This document shows positions 36,461-48,200 of a stretch of 64,000 nt of DNA, one piece after another. The notes beneath the pieces are model-generated. The model had not been told where the DNA came from. It worked only from the letters and a program-made list of their open reading frames with translations, and ran no database searches. This stretch comes from a virus (taxonomy: Duplodnaviria; Caudoviricetes), in the IMG/VR virus record IMGVR_UViG_3300027807_000003, positions 70,333 through 134,332 of that record; one strand, 5' to 3'. How positions within the stretch are numbered: the stretch's first letter is position 1; each line of letters opens with the position of its first letter. Position numbers and translations under genes: made by a program.

Positions 36461-39400
36461 ATGCCTAAAACAGAGAATGATCTTTTTAAGGTAATTAGGG
36501 CAGATAAGGGTAAACCCTGTGGTAAAGGATATATCCCTGCTGGTAGAAAATGTTTAAAAAGCTCATCCCAGCGATCTATTAATCAAGAGCCAAAGCGTAT
36601 TAACCCGATTGTCCCAACTGCGATCGCCGTTGGGGGTGTGGCTGGAATAGCTGGCATAGCTGGGGCCTCTGTTTTAGGTGGTAAAATTGCCGCAGATAAA
36701 GGTAAAGATTTCCTTGAGAAAGCTAAACGAGAGTACACTGAGAATTTTACGACAAGTGGTAAAGTTGCCCAACAACTAGCCACAAAGATGAAAGCACCTA
36801 AAGTAAAATCTAAGCAGATAGTATTTACCGTAGGTGGATTTGGAACTAAAGATGCTTTCTCCGAGTCTCAAAAACTCCAAGATCATATTAAATCTTTAGG
36901 AATTAAAGATACCCATGTAGAGCCAATTCCTTACCAAGATTTTAATGTAGTTAGTAATCCTCAAAGTGACGGAAAATTAAAAGCAGTAGCAGAGACAACC
37001 TCTAAATTTATCCAAACTATTTTCATCAAAAAACATAACCCAGTTGCCGTTAGGTTGGCAGCTAAGGTATTAGCCTATCAAAAAGCCAATCCCCATGCCC
37101 AGATTCAGTTAGTGGGGCACTCTGGTGGTGGGCTAACTGTACAAGAAACCCATGAAATCTTGCATACACTCGGAGTAAAAGTAAAAAGCACTGCCATTGG
37201 TAGTCCAGATGTCGGGGTAATTCCCGGCAATGGAGACGTGGTAACAGCTACTTCAAAACATGACAATATTCTAGAGCAAGTAAGTAAAGGCAAAGGTGTA
37301 AATGGTGTACCTTTTGATAACGTGACTGATCACGCACAAGATGAATATTTTAAAGATCCTCATTTCCGTAAATTTATTAAAAATCGCTTAGATACCAGAA
37401 AATATAAAAAAGATAGTGCTACTACACTAAGTAAACCCTGTGGTAAAGGGTATATCCCTAGATCCAAAAAATGCCGTATTGGTGTGAACCGTCTCACCCC
37501 CCGAAAAATTAGGGGTGTAGATCCGGTCCTCTCCCCACTTTTAGGTGTAGGTGCGATCGCGCTAGGGGGGATAGCTGCTACTTCTGTAGGGTCTGCTGCT
37601 ATTCAACATACCAAGCAAGAATATGTTGCGGGGTTTACAAAAAGTGGGATTCAAGCTCAAAAAGCAGCTGATATTGCTTACCAAAAGTTAGATAAGGAAG
37701 GGAAACTACCGATAGTTGGTCCCAGTGTGAAACAGGTGATTTTTACCGTGGGGGGTTTTGGGACTAAAGATGCTTTCTCGGAGTCGGTGAAACTGAAAAA
37801 AAACATCCATTCATTAGATGTAAAGGATACTCAGGTTATTCCCATCCCCTACCATGATTTTAATGTTGCTACCAATGTAGAAAAAGACCCACTTGGCTCA
37901 GCTGGAGAGGCTTTAGCTAAATTCGTTGACACCACAACAGTTAAGAAGCGAAACGTTACTGCTGTTAAGTTGGCTGCAACCGTCTTAATCTACAAAAAAG
38001 CCAATCCCCATGTCCAGATTCAACTAGTGGGGCACTCTGGTGGTGGGTTAACTGTGCAGGAAACCCATGAAATTTTGCATACTTTAAATGTGAAACCGAA
38101 AACAACTGCGATTGGCAGCCCAGATGTGGGAATACTCCCCGGTACTGGAAACGTGGTGACGGCAACCTCAAAACACGACAAAATTCTTAAACTAAGTGGT
38201 GGGAAGGGGATAAATAGTGTCCCCTTTGATAATGTAGATGCCCACGGGCAAGATGAATATTTTAAAGATCCACATTTCCGAGAATTTGCTAAAAAACGCC
38301 TTACCCCCGGATCTAGGCTAGATAGTATTACCTCTGGGAAAAGCAAACCTTGTGGTAAGGGGTATATCCCCAGATTTAAAAAATGCCGAATTGGGATTAA
38401 TTCGCCTGCTGCTGGTGTAATTGGTGGTGGGTCAGTGGTAGTTGCCGCAACAGCAGCAGGTGCAGGATTATTGGGTGTTCCGTTGTCGGTATACACTGCT
38501 CAAAAACTCCGGTTTCAAGCTAATTTCCCTAAATCTGCTGAATTAGCTAAACAGCAATCTAAAACTTATTCTGTCCCTGACCAGTTAAAATCCGGATTTA
38601 GAGCGGTGAGCGATCAAAATCCAGACGCTAAATCACAGGTAACTAATAAGTACAGTTCCAATAAACCAGAGCAAATTACCTTTTTTGTGGGTGGGGTAGG
38701 TGGGAAAGACGGGCTGGAAGCTGATTACATGGGGCAGCAAGTTTCAAAACTACTACCCAATCACCATGTTGTTGGGATTGAGGCACCAGAGCAAGATGTG
38801 GTCCCCGAAGAAGGAGATAGTGTTGCTAACCCTCGGTTCTTGAAAAAAGTATTTAAATCACTGCTAGGGCAAAACCTCGAGAAAGGACGCAGTGACGTTG
38901 CTGTAAGAATAGCTGCTAGAGCTTACTCCTACCACCAAAAACACCCCGATTTACCCATTAATTTAGTTGGGCAATCAGGTGGTGGGATGCCAGTTAGGGA
39001 AGCTTATGAAATCTTAGATCGCATGGGTGTCAAGGGTGTTAAGGTCGCCACCACTGGCTCACCTTACTTTGGGCTAACTCGCCCTGTGGGGATTAGTCTG
39101 GTAAGCCCTGAAACTGACCCAGTGGACAAAATCTATGGGTTCACGATGCCCAACAAAGTAAAAGTCGATGCCCAAGGACACTCTCGCTATTACTCCAAAA
39201 CCCTCTACAACTCCAGCAACCAATTAGAAGCGGGGAAACACGCTGTAGTTAACCAGTCGGTGAAAAAGGTTTTAGATGAATACTTTGATCGCTCTCATAA
39301 ATTAGATAGTGCAGGAGTCGATGTTACTAAATCCATCTCCCCCACCTCCCTTCGACTCCAACAACAAATTAAAACTCTACTTTCGCGATCGCTCCGTAAA

Positions 39401-41584
39401 TCGGTCTTACAGCTTTCCAATGTCAAGATTACCAATGGGGTAGTTACTGGCACCTTTAATCAATCAGGTGTGATTTATACCTTTACCCTGAAAAACGACA
39501 ATATTACCTACCAAAGAGCTAGGGGAATCAGGAAAGATGCCGCACCTAGGAAAATTAAGCGTTGTCAAAAAGGGATTGGGTGTGGCGATACCTGTATCAG
39601 CCCTACTGATGTATGCAAAATTAAGGCTGGACAAATTGCCTCACCTAGTGAAATTGTCAACTTAAACCAGACTATGGCCAGGTTTGAGGTTGAGCAGCAT
39701 ATCAAGAATCCGACACCCCCGACACCCCCGTCACCCCCGACAACACCCCCCGCCAACGATTACGTCACCAATCCAGAAACAGGTGATAAGTACACCATTC
39801 GGGATTTAAAGAAAATCGCCCGTGAGAAAAGTATTGTCAACTATGGGGTAATGCCCATAGACGAACTGCGTGAATCTCTGAAATTAGCTGATAAAAATCC
39901 TGAATCACGCGATCGCATTACCAAGGGTGTTGCCAAACGCCAAAGTTTTACTGCTGGAGTGAAAAAAGCAGCAGGATTAAGTGGTCGCAATCCCAACGAG
40001 CGAGGTACAAAAAAATCTCTAGGGGATACCGTAGATACTTGGAAGAAAATTGAAGCCCTATCTAAGTTTGCGGGAAATTCCCCTCTGGGATGGGGAGCGG
40101 CTGCTGTGGGAGCTTTCCTATTAGGAACTACAATCCGCACCTATGAACGCGCTAAGAATAAATACCAAGAAGGATATAACGCATCAGCTAGATTTGCTGA
40201 GGAACGGGCCGTCAAAATCAACCTTCAACACCCAGTAGAAAGGGATGGGGAGGTAGTAATGCGAAAAGGTGAGCCATTGATGACCTCTAGCTTCTCTCAA
40301 AACAACATTACCTTTGCTGTTGGCTCAGGCAGGGGATACGGGGCAGAGGAAATCAAGAAAGCTTTGCAGTCTGAGAAAGATCCCAGTAATCGCCCCGACT
40401 ACTGGTTCACTCATAGCAACTACGTTATCCCGTTTAACCTCCAAGAAACCGGAGCACCATATATTGAGGGTGCAACCAAAAATCCCCAAGCCCAAGTTGC
40501 CAATGAAGTTGTCAATGGTTTTGGTAACTATCTAGAAAACTTTAAGCGTGGACGTAGCCAAGATGCTGTGGATTTGGCAGCTAATATCTACGCTCATGCG
40601 ATCGCGGTTGACCAAGTAGAAGGTAAGCCAGTTAATAAGTATAAAAATATTAATATCTTGGCCCACGGGACTGGGGGGCAAGTAACTAAAGAAGCATTGG
40701 AAATCTTAGCCAGAATGGATTTGAAAGGCTATCCCTCTGGGAAACAGGTACTTAAACAGGTAAATGCCGTGTATCTGGGTACTCCCCACTTTGGCTTTGC
40801 TGAAAATGTTTCCCGTAGGCAGAGAACCATTATCAGTGCCAATGACCCTATATCTAATATTCCGGCATTTGGCGATCAAGCTAGACAGCAATGGATTAGT
40901 TCAGTTCGAGGGCACTCCGCCGAAGATTACATCAAAGACCCCAGAGTCCGTGACTCTATTCGTGAAGCCTTCGGCTATCATCAAAGTTCCCCAGAGGAAA
41001 TTCGGCGCAATATTGGGCTGAGAAATCACCGAATCTCAACCCGTGCTGCTGCTGTAGAGGAAAGAGGTGATAGTAAATGCCATCCCGGTAGTGTCCCCTG
41101 TGGCGATCGCTGTCTCCCCCCAGGGTTTAAATGCCATAAAACTGACCCCAAGTTTAAAAGAAAACGGTTCATGGCCAGTATTGGGCGAGGTGTAGTCGGC
41201 TCCACCGTGGGGGGAATTGGGCAGGATTTAGAAAGAGCATACCTGAGAACTCGTAAATTATCCGAGGATGTGAACAACGCCAGAACCAAAAAGAAAATTA
41301 CTCGTAAACAGAAATTTAAGAAAGATATTTTGCATGAAGCTAAATTAGTTGGTGTTCAACTGGGGCAAGGTACTATTTCCAAAAAAATCAAGGAAATAGA
41401 TACTCACCTAATTAATGCTCATGAAAAATTAGAAGCAGCCCCTACTGAAATCCATAATTTAATCCATTCAGCTAAAGGAAACATTCAGCAGGCTAATGTC
41501 CCAGATAAGGCTAAGGCAATCACGCAAAAAATGAAAGACCGAATCAAATCTATTACCCACCGCCCTAAACAAGATGCCTACTAA
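36461..41584 (+). CDS. 1707-aa polyprotein-like protein with four alpha/beta-hydrolase modules and five Cys motifs
   Basis: GHSGGG twice, GQSGGG and AHGTGG; KPCGKGYIP...KC three times plus two CxxG..CGxxC...C motifs, each after an [RK]xD motif. Confidence 0.85.
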   Translation: MPKTENDLFKVIRADKGKPCGKGYIPAGRKCLKSSSQRSINQEPKRINPIVPTAIAVGGVAGIAGIAGASVLGGKIAADKGKDFLEKAKREYTENFTTSGKVAQQLATKMKAPKVKSKQIVFTVGGFGTKDAFSESQKLQDHIKSLGIKDTHVEPIPYQDFNVVSNPQSDGKLKAVAETTSKFIQTIFIKKHNPVAVRLAAKVLAYQKANPHAQIQLVGHSGGGLTVQETHEILHTLGVKVKSTAIGSPDVGVIPGNGDVVTATSKHDNILEQVSKGKGVNGVPFDNVTDHAQDEYFKDPHFRKFIKNRLDTRKYKKDSATTLSKPCGKGYIPRSKKCRIGVNRLTPRKIRGVDPVLSPLLGVGAIALGGIAATSVGSAAIQHTKQEYVAGFTKSGIQAQKAADIAYQKLDKEGKLPIVGPSVKQVIFTVGGFGTKDAFSESVKLKKNIHSLDVKDTQVIPIPYHDFNVATNVEKDPLGSAGEALAKFVDTTTVKKRNVTAVKLAATVLIYKKANPHVQIQLVGHSGGGLTVQETHEILHTLNVKPKTTAIGSPDVGILPGTGNVVTATSKHDKILKLSGGKGINSVPFDNVDAHGQDEYFKDPHFREFAKKRLTPGSRLDSITSGKSKPCGKGYIPRFKKCRIGINSPAAGVIGGGSVVVAATAAGAGLLGVPLSVYTAQKLRFQANFPKSAELAKQQSKTYSVPDQLKSGFRAVSDQNPDAKSQVTNKYSSNKPEQITFFVGGVGGKDGLEADYMGQQVSKLLPNHHVVGIEAPEQDVVPEEGDSVANPRFLKKVFKSLLGQNLEKGRSDVAVRIAARAYSYHQKHPDLPINLVGQSGGGMPVREAYEILDRMGVKGVKVATTGSPYFGLTRPVGISLVSPETDPVDKIYGFTMPNKVKVDAQGHSRYYSKTLYNSSNQLEAGKHAVVNQSVKKVLDEYFDRSHKLDSAGVDVTKSISPTSLRLQQQIKTLLSRSLRKSVLQLSNVKITNGVVTGTFNQSGVIYTFTLKNDNITYQRARGIRKDAAPRKIKRCQKGIGCGDTCISPTDVCKIKAGQIASPSEIVNLNQTMARFEVEQHIKNPTPPTPPSPPTTPPANDYVTNPETGDKYTIRDLKKIAREKSIVNYGVMPIDELRESLKLADKNPESRDRITKGVAKRQSFTAGVKKAAGLSGRNPNERGTKKSLGDTVDTWKKIEALSKFAGNSPLGWGAAAVGAFLLGTTIRTYERAKNKYQEGYNASARFAEERAVKINLQHPVERDGEVVMRKGEPLMTSSFSQNNITFAVGSGRGYGAEEIKKALQSEKDPSNRPDYWFTHSNYVIPFNLQETGAPYIEGATKNPQAQVANEVVNGFGNYLENFKRGRSQDAVDLAANIYAHAIAVDQVEGKPVNKYKNINILAHGTGGQVTKEALEILARMDLKGYPSGKQVLKQVNAVYLGTPHFGFAENVSRRQRTIISANDPISNIPAFGDQARQQWISSVRGHSAEDYIKDPRVRDSIREAFGYHQSSPEEIRRNIGLRNHRISTRAAAVEERGDSKCHPGSVPCGDRCLPPGFKCHKTDPKFKRKRFMASIGRGVVGSTVGGIGQDLERAYLRTRKLSEDVNNARTKKKITRKQKFKKDILHEAKLVGVQLGQGTISKKIKEIDTHLINAHEKLEAAPTEIHNLIHSAKGNIQQANVPDKAKAITQKMKDRIKSITHRPKQDAY

Positions 41585-42233
41585 TCAACCCACGGATTTA
41601 GATGTACTAGGTTTAATCAGTACCACTGGATTTAGAGATGAATTCTCTGGGACTTCCCTATCAAATAGCTGGTCTGCTACCTATGGTTCAGGGCAAAGTG
41701 GAACTGTAGGCAATGGTCAATTTGTCTTGGCTCTAGGGACTAATCCTGGTGTGCAGTCAACTATTCTCAGGACTTCCACCCCCTACACACCCCCGTTTGT
41801 CGCTGGTTTTTGTATTTCAACTGATAGTTATCTATCTAATCAACAAATTCAGCTAGGAGTAATAAGTACTACCAGTACTGATGGTGCGGCAATTATTATT
41901 AATACTGCTTCTAATAACGATTCAACTGCCCAATTCCAGTCTACTAGAGATGGTATTGGGTCGTCCTTTGCACCCATTAATATCCCTCAATTTCTTTACC
42001 CATCTAGTTACCTACTATTCAAAATAGATGTTCTCAATGCTGAAACTAAGCTACGGGTATTCAGTATTGGCACAACTAACAGTGGTACGTTATCTGTCCC
42101 TAACTCCCTATATACCTGTGTCCCCAATATCTCCCAAAGCTACCAAGTCTACATTAAAGCCATTAACTTAGCTAACGCTCCGGCATTTGCTAATAATCTC
42201 AGGGTTAAAGCCGCCTACTTGTTCCAGTACTAA
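41574..42233 (+). CDS. Beta-sandwich (lectin-like) putative virion protein
   Basis: FRDEFSGTSLSNSW start typical of ConA/LamG-like domains; S/T/N-rich. Confidence 0.5.
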   Translation: MPTNQPTDLDVLGLISTTGFRDEFSGTSLSNSWSATYGSGQSGTVGNGQFVLALGTNPGVQSTILRTSTPYTPPFVAGFCISTDSYLSNQQIQLGVISTTSTDGAAIIINTASNNDSTAQFQSTRDGIGSSFAPINIPQFLYPSSYLLFKIDVLNAETKLRVFSIGTTNSGTLSVPNSLYTCVPNISQSYQVYIKAINLANAPAFANNLRVKAAYLFQY

Positions 42234-42235
42234 TT

Positions 42236-45200
42236 ATGCCCCCCCCTAACTCTTCCAGCTTCGGCAACTCTACCCCTAATTCCTCCGTCTCGACCAACCA
42301 AATCGAGACGGTAATTAGGGCTAGGGATGATACTCAAGCAGGTATTAGCTCTGCTTCTGCCTCATTCAAGCAACTCCAAGCTCAAGCAGGGGATACCGCT
42401 GAGGCGATTGACACCGCTGGTTCATCCATGCAGGTGTTGTCGAACCAGATAGCGATCGCTAAAGCTCAGGCTACTGCTTTTGCTAATACTTTGTCTAGTA
42501 CCGTCATCTCTTCGGCTAAATTACTCGGATCGGCCTTAAATACAACTGCGTTAACTGTAACTAGCCTATTTTCCACCTTATCTAGTGGTACAGTTGCTTC
42601 CGTTGGTGGTATAACCCTTGCTTTTCAAACAATGAACGCCGTGGCTCAACAGCCAATAGTTCAAAACTTGTTTCAACAAATGTATGAGGATGCAATTGAG
42701 TCCACCAAAGAGGTGCAGAAGCTTAGTGATGTTGTATCTGCCTTTAGTAAATTAGCCGTTGATAGTGCTCAGGGTGGGTTTATCGCTGGCTTTTTGGGTA
42801 TAGAGCCAAAGAAGATTCAATCTACTGAAGATATAGCCAGAGAAAGGGTTACAAATCTTGTCGATAATATTAAGAAGGTGATCACCAAGAAAATTGGTGA
42901 GAATGTTTCATCTGATAGCGATCGTAATTTATTATTAAAATTTTTACCACAAGCTTTAATAAATGGCTCTTTAGGGCAATTCTTATCAGATAAAATCAAG
43001 GACCAATTTAATAATTATCTTGTCGGGCAAATCAAAAGTAGAATCCAAGGCGCTCTTTCTGCTGGGTTCAGTAATTTTTCTGTAGGATCGTTTTTTAATT
43101 TAGCTCAATTAACTCTGCAAATTCGTAATAGTACGAATTTATTCCGAGACTTTGAGGATATTCTAATTGATCGTTTAACCCAAAGTTATACTGGAATTTT
43201 AAATAAAGCAAGTGAGCTAGGGAACCAGTTTTCAGGTAGTTTTGCCCGTATTTTATTGGTCTTAGCTGTTAGGTTTAACTCTCAAATCAGGTCTGTTTTA
43301 GATGTAATTATTAGAGATATCGGTGGGGCGATCTTAAGAATAATATCTTTTGTTGAGTTAGCTAATCAAAGGTTAATTCTTGCTATTGTCTCTAGTTTTA
43401 ATAAAATTGGATTACTGGGTAATATTGTATCCAAAGTATTTATTGATTTAGGAAATAGGTTTAGTGGATTAGGACAAACAATTGTCACTAAAATAACTAG
43501 TTTTTATACAAGTATTATTCAAAGTTTTAATGGTATAGGACAAAGGATAAATAGCGTTCGCCAAGTTATTGGTAACTCAATTACGTCTTTATCCACCACA
43601 TTATTATCTATTTTAACTCAGTCCTTTGGAAATATAGGAAGGCAGTTAGGTAACTTAGCACAAACGATTATTACTCCTATTGGATTATTCTATGCAACTA
43701 TTATTCAATCTCTTGGTGGTATAGGACAAAGATTGAATGGTATTCGGCAGTTTATTAGTAATTCAATAGCATCTTTTTATACTAATTTGTTTTCTGTGTT
43801 AACTCGAGCTTTTGGAAACATAGGAAGGCAGTTAAGTAATGTATCCCAGATAGTTGCTATCTCTATTAAATCATTTTATACCACTATTATTCAAGCTTTT
43901 AGTAGTATAGGTCAAAGGTTAAGTGGCATTACCCAGTCGGTGTTTAGAGCGTTTTCGTCTTTTTACTCTACACTTACCCAAGTTTTTGGAAATTTTGGTA
44001 GTTCACTGGGGGCGATCGCTCAGTCAGTATTTGGCTCAGTAACACAAATATATTCTGTTGTATCTCAAGCATTTTTAGGATTTGGGCAAAAACTAATTCA
44101 AGCATCAAATCCGGTAACTAATTCCGTTAGAACTGTTTTTAACAGTATTGGTAGTGCATTTGTTACCGCCGGAAGTAAATTAAGTACTAGTTTAAACTCG
44201 GTCTTCCAATTCTTTGGTGATCAAATAGGTGGAGCGATTTCTGAGTTACTTACCCCTAAAATCTTTAAAGGTAAATCAGTTGGCGAGCAAATTTTAAATA
44301 ACTTACTATCTCCTACTGTAAATAGCACTGGGAAAATCTTATCTACCGATCTGGTTAAAAATATTGGTCAAAAGTTAACTAGTTTATTCGTTGACGAAAA
44401 AGCATTAAATTCCGGTGCCTTAAATGGATTTGAAAAAGTACAATTAAATTTAATTCAAAAAATAATTACTCTTTTTACAGATATTTCTTTACGGGTAGTT
44501 ACTCAATCGGCTCTAGTTAGGGGTGTAATAGTTTCCTCTTTAAGAGGGATATTCGCTCAAATTAATCTCCCTGATTTTGGGAAAGAACTATTAGAACATT
44601 TATTGGCTGATAATGCGATCGCGGGTTGGGCACTAACCCGTAGTAAGGAAATTGGTAAAAGCCTGTCTGAATTTCTAGAGAAACCTACTAGAAATAGCTT
44701 TGGTCTATTAACAAAGCAATTAAATAATTCTTTAATCGATGGTCTAGAAGTAATAGGGAATAAATTACCCGCCAGTATTAAAACTAACGTCACAGAGAAA
44801 ATTGTAGCAGGGCTAAGGGAAACTAACAGACAAGTAGGAGCTTCACTAGTTGGATCTGGTGTAGGTGCTTTGGTTGCTGGACTTCCTGGGAGTAATCCTG
44901 GATTTGGGATGCTAGCTAATAGAATAGCTACCCAACGGATGCTTGGAAAACAGTTTAGTGAAATTCCTGAAGTAGGTGCGGGTGCTGAGGTACTGCTTGG
45001 GCAATTTACTAGTGGGAAGCTAGGAATTAATAATGGGATAGGTCGCTCAATTGTGCAATCAGTTATCAGTTCAATTAGACAAGCTTTTTCAGGTGCTAAT
45101 CTACTAGATGTTTCCAAGAATTTATTAACTAATATTGCTAGTGGGACTGCTTTCAATATAGTTGCCCAATTTTCTAAAAACCCAGGTTTAGCAATTCAAG

Positions 45201-48200
45201 CATCTACAAAAGTTCGTGAATTTGTCCAAAGGATCTTTCAACCTCTTCAGGAAAGTGATAAACAGCTACCAATGGTTCAGCAACGACTCCTAGCCTTTTT
45301 TAGGGGGATAGTTGCAGTTATCCAGCAGGCATTTAAGTTAATTGGTAAAATTTCAGGATTTAGAGATTTTGTTCTTAAATTAGACAAAGATCTTAACGGC
45401 GCTTTAAGTGAAATTGCTACTACAGCAATTGATACTTTTTACGAGAGAATCACGGCTAGATTAAAAGCTAATGCCTCTCGTGGTGTGGGAAATCTATTTC
45501 AACCACTCACTAGTGGGTTAATCAGAAACTTAACAGTCGCTTTTGATTATGTTGATAAGAAGGTAATTCAGTTATTTTCTACCCTCCGGGCACTCCCAGG
45601 GAAGGTGGAAGGTGTAGTTAATGCACTAACTGGTCCTACTCTATTTCTAGCTGGTTTAGATATTCCCGCCCAAGTATTCGGGGAAATCCAAGGGGGATTA
45701 GGAAACTTTGCGGCAGGTGTCAACAATGTTGCTCAACAGATATTTTTCTTCCAGTCAGCCTTCCTCTCCATTCAGCAGCTTGTAGCTAATGGTCCCTTTG
45801 ATCTCTTAATTAAGCAAAATGTTGAGTTACAAAAACAACTACTTGAAACCCAAGCTAGCTTAGTCGCCACAAACAAAATATTCCAGAACGGTGTTCAGAT
45901 AACCGATCCGACGGCAGCGATCGTTAAACTCAACGCCCCCGTACAGGCAGCGATTAGTGATTTACGTAAAGGGGCATTAGAAATTAGTGGCTTAACTAGC
46001 CGGGAACTGGTAGGAATTTTTGAAACAGTTTCCCGTCAGTCATCAGCAATTGGAATCAACCTGAGACAGGCAGCCCGACTATCCCTTGATTTTGCAGCAG
46101 CTATGGGTACATCCCATATCCCTTTAGAACAAGCTCAAGTAGAAATCAACGATATTTTACAAGGAACAATTAGTGGTACAAACGCCCTAGCTAAAAACCT
46201 GACTATTTCCGGTGCTCAAAGCCGTGAGCTAATTACCCAAGGTAAACTCTATGAAATCTTGGAGCAAAAACTAAAAGCCTTCCGAGCGGGTAATGCTCTG
46301 CAATCGCAGACCCTAGATGGTGTAACTAGTAATATCCGAGAAGTTATCCAGTTAACTACCCAATCCGCTGGTAAACCACTTTTGGATTTAATAGTTGACC
46401 AGTTAAATCGCCTGTACCAGTTTTTAAGTGCCAATCAATCTAATCTTCAAGAATACCTCAGTGGTATAGTTGGGAGCTTAATTAGTACAGGTAACTCCTT
46501 AGTTAGGATTGTCGATGCCGTTACCGACAGTATGGGTTCATTCCTTGCCGCTATTCCTAGCTACCTATTCCGTGAGTTAGCCGCCGGTGCAGATTTATTC
46601 GCTAATTCTATAACCCAGATTGTTACATTTCTCAAGCCATTTTTTGAACTTTTAACCCAGCTATCTCAGCTTATTATCCTTAGCTTCCTTGGACCTGTAT
46701 CCCAAGCGGCAATTACATTAATCACGGTTAATGTAGCTATTAAGGTCCTCGCTACTTCTTTTAGGCTACTTTTGACTATGATGCCCATACTGGGGCACTT
46801 CTTACTTTATGACATTGCTAGAACAGCAGCATTAGGTAATCAATTCGCATTTTTGTTGGGTGCCACTGGTAAACTTAATATTGCCCTTGGATTACTCGCG
46901 GGTCAAAATCTTCGCCAAATACCTTTACTATTTAATGCCGTAGCTAGTTCTATCCCTATTTTTGGTAATCTAATTGCTGGCTTTGTTCCTCAACTATCAG
47001 GATTAGCGATCGCTTTAATTAAATGGAATAAAACTGCACCAGTTGGAGCAATTGTTCAAGAACTAGCCGGAAGTTTTGGTGTTTTAACTGGTTCTATAGC
47101 TACTGTCGCTAGTGGTAGAGGAATGGGAGTATTGGGTGGGGAGTTAGAAAAATTAAGCGGGAAATTAATTAAAGCAAGTACAGGTACTAATCTATTGTCT
47201 CAAGCAGAAGATAAAATTCGGGAAATATCTAAAACTGCTGGTGCGGCTTTTGCTGCTCAAGCCGTATCACTGGGGTTAGTAATAGGAGCAGTAGTAATTG
47301 CTGGTATTGCTTTTAACGAATTCATGCAAAGAAACAAGGATGCAGCAGAACCACTGCGTAAGGTATCTGATCAATTAGAAGAATCCGCTAAAAAAATTCA
47401 CGACTCATGGACACAAGTAAAGAAAGACGCAGGTAGTGGTTTATCAGAAATTAGTAAGGCACCCCCCACCGACTGGATTGATACCTATATTCTAAAAACC
47501 CGTGAACTAGAAAATGGAACTTTTAGGATTAAAAATTGGGGTGATGCATTTCTCGTGATAGCGATCGGTATAGGTAAAGCTATTCAGGATTTTATAATTG
47601 CTCCTATTGTATTAGGATCAAAAACTTTAGTAAATGTTTTTGGTTATATTGCACAAGTAATAAAAGATATAGTAACTTTTAACTGGAAAAAACTTGCAGA
47701 CGATACCGCAGAGTATCAAAGACGAATAGCAAAAGATACCCAAGAATTTGGTCAGACGGTATCTCAAGGATTTAATGACACTTCCACTAAGACAGAGAAA
47801 TATATTAACGATATTACCAAGCTTTTGAATTCTGGTAAATTGCAGCAGTCGATTAAAGACCAATCTGATAGTATTGATCAATTAATTAAAAATGCTTCAA
47901 AAACAGGGGAAATCTATAATAAACAATTACAACCAGTCAAAGATGCTTTTAAAAGCTTCCAAGAAGGTAAAAGTAATGTGGATGATGTTATTAAGTCTCT
48001 ACAAGAACTACCAGATGCTATTCCCCAAGATCAGCAGCAAAATTTAATAGATTTCTTTAGGACTAATTTTCATGATGGTGTAGAAAAATCAAAAGATGCC
48101 ATTGACCAATTTAATAGTAAATTGGATTTGACTAATGTCGAAGCTAGTAACGTGGCTGTTGAAGCTTATCGCAAACAGCTTGAAGATACTGAATCTCAAA

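Noticed and set aside
39709-39752. CCGACACCC tandem repeat as a DNA element
   Set aside because: It simply encodes a PTPPTPPSPPTTPP linker in the polyprotein.
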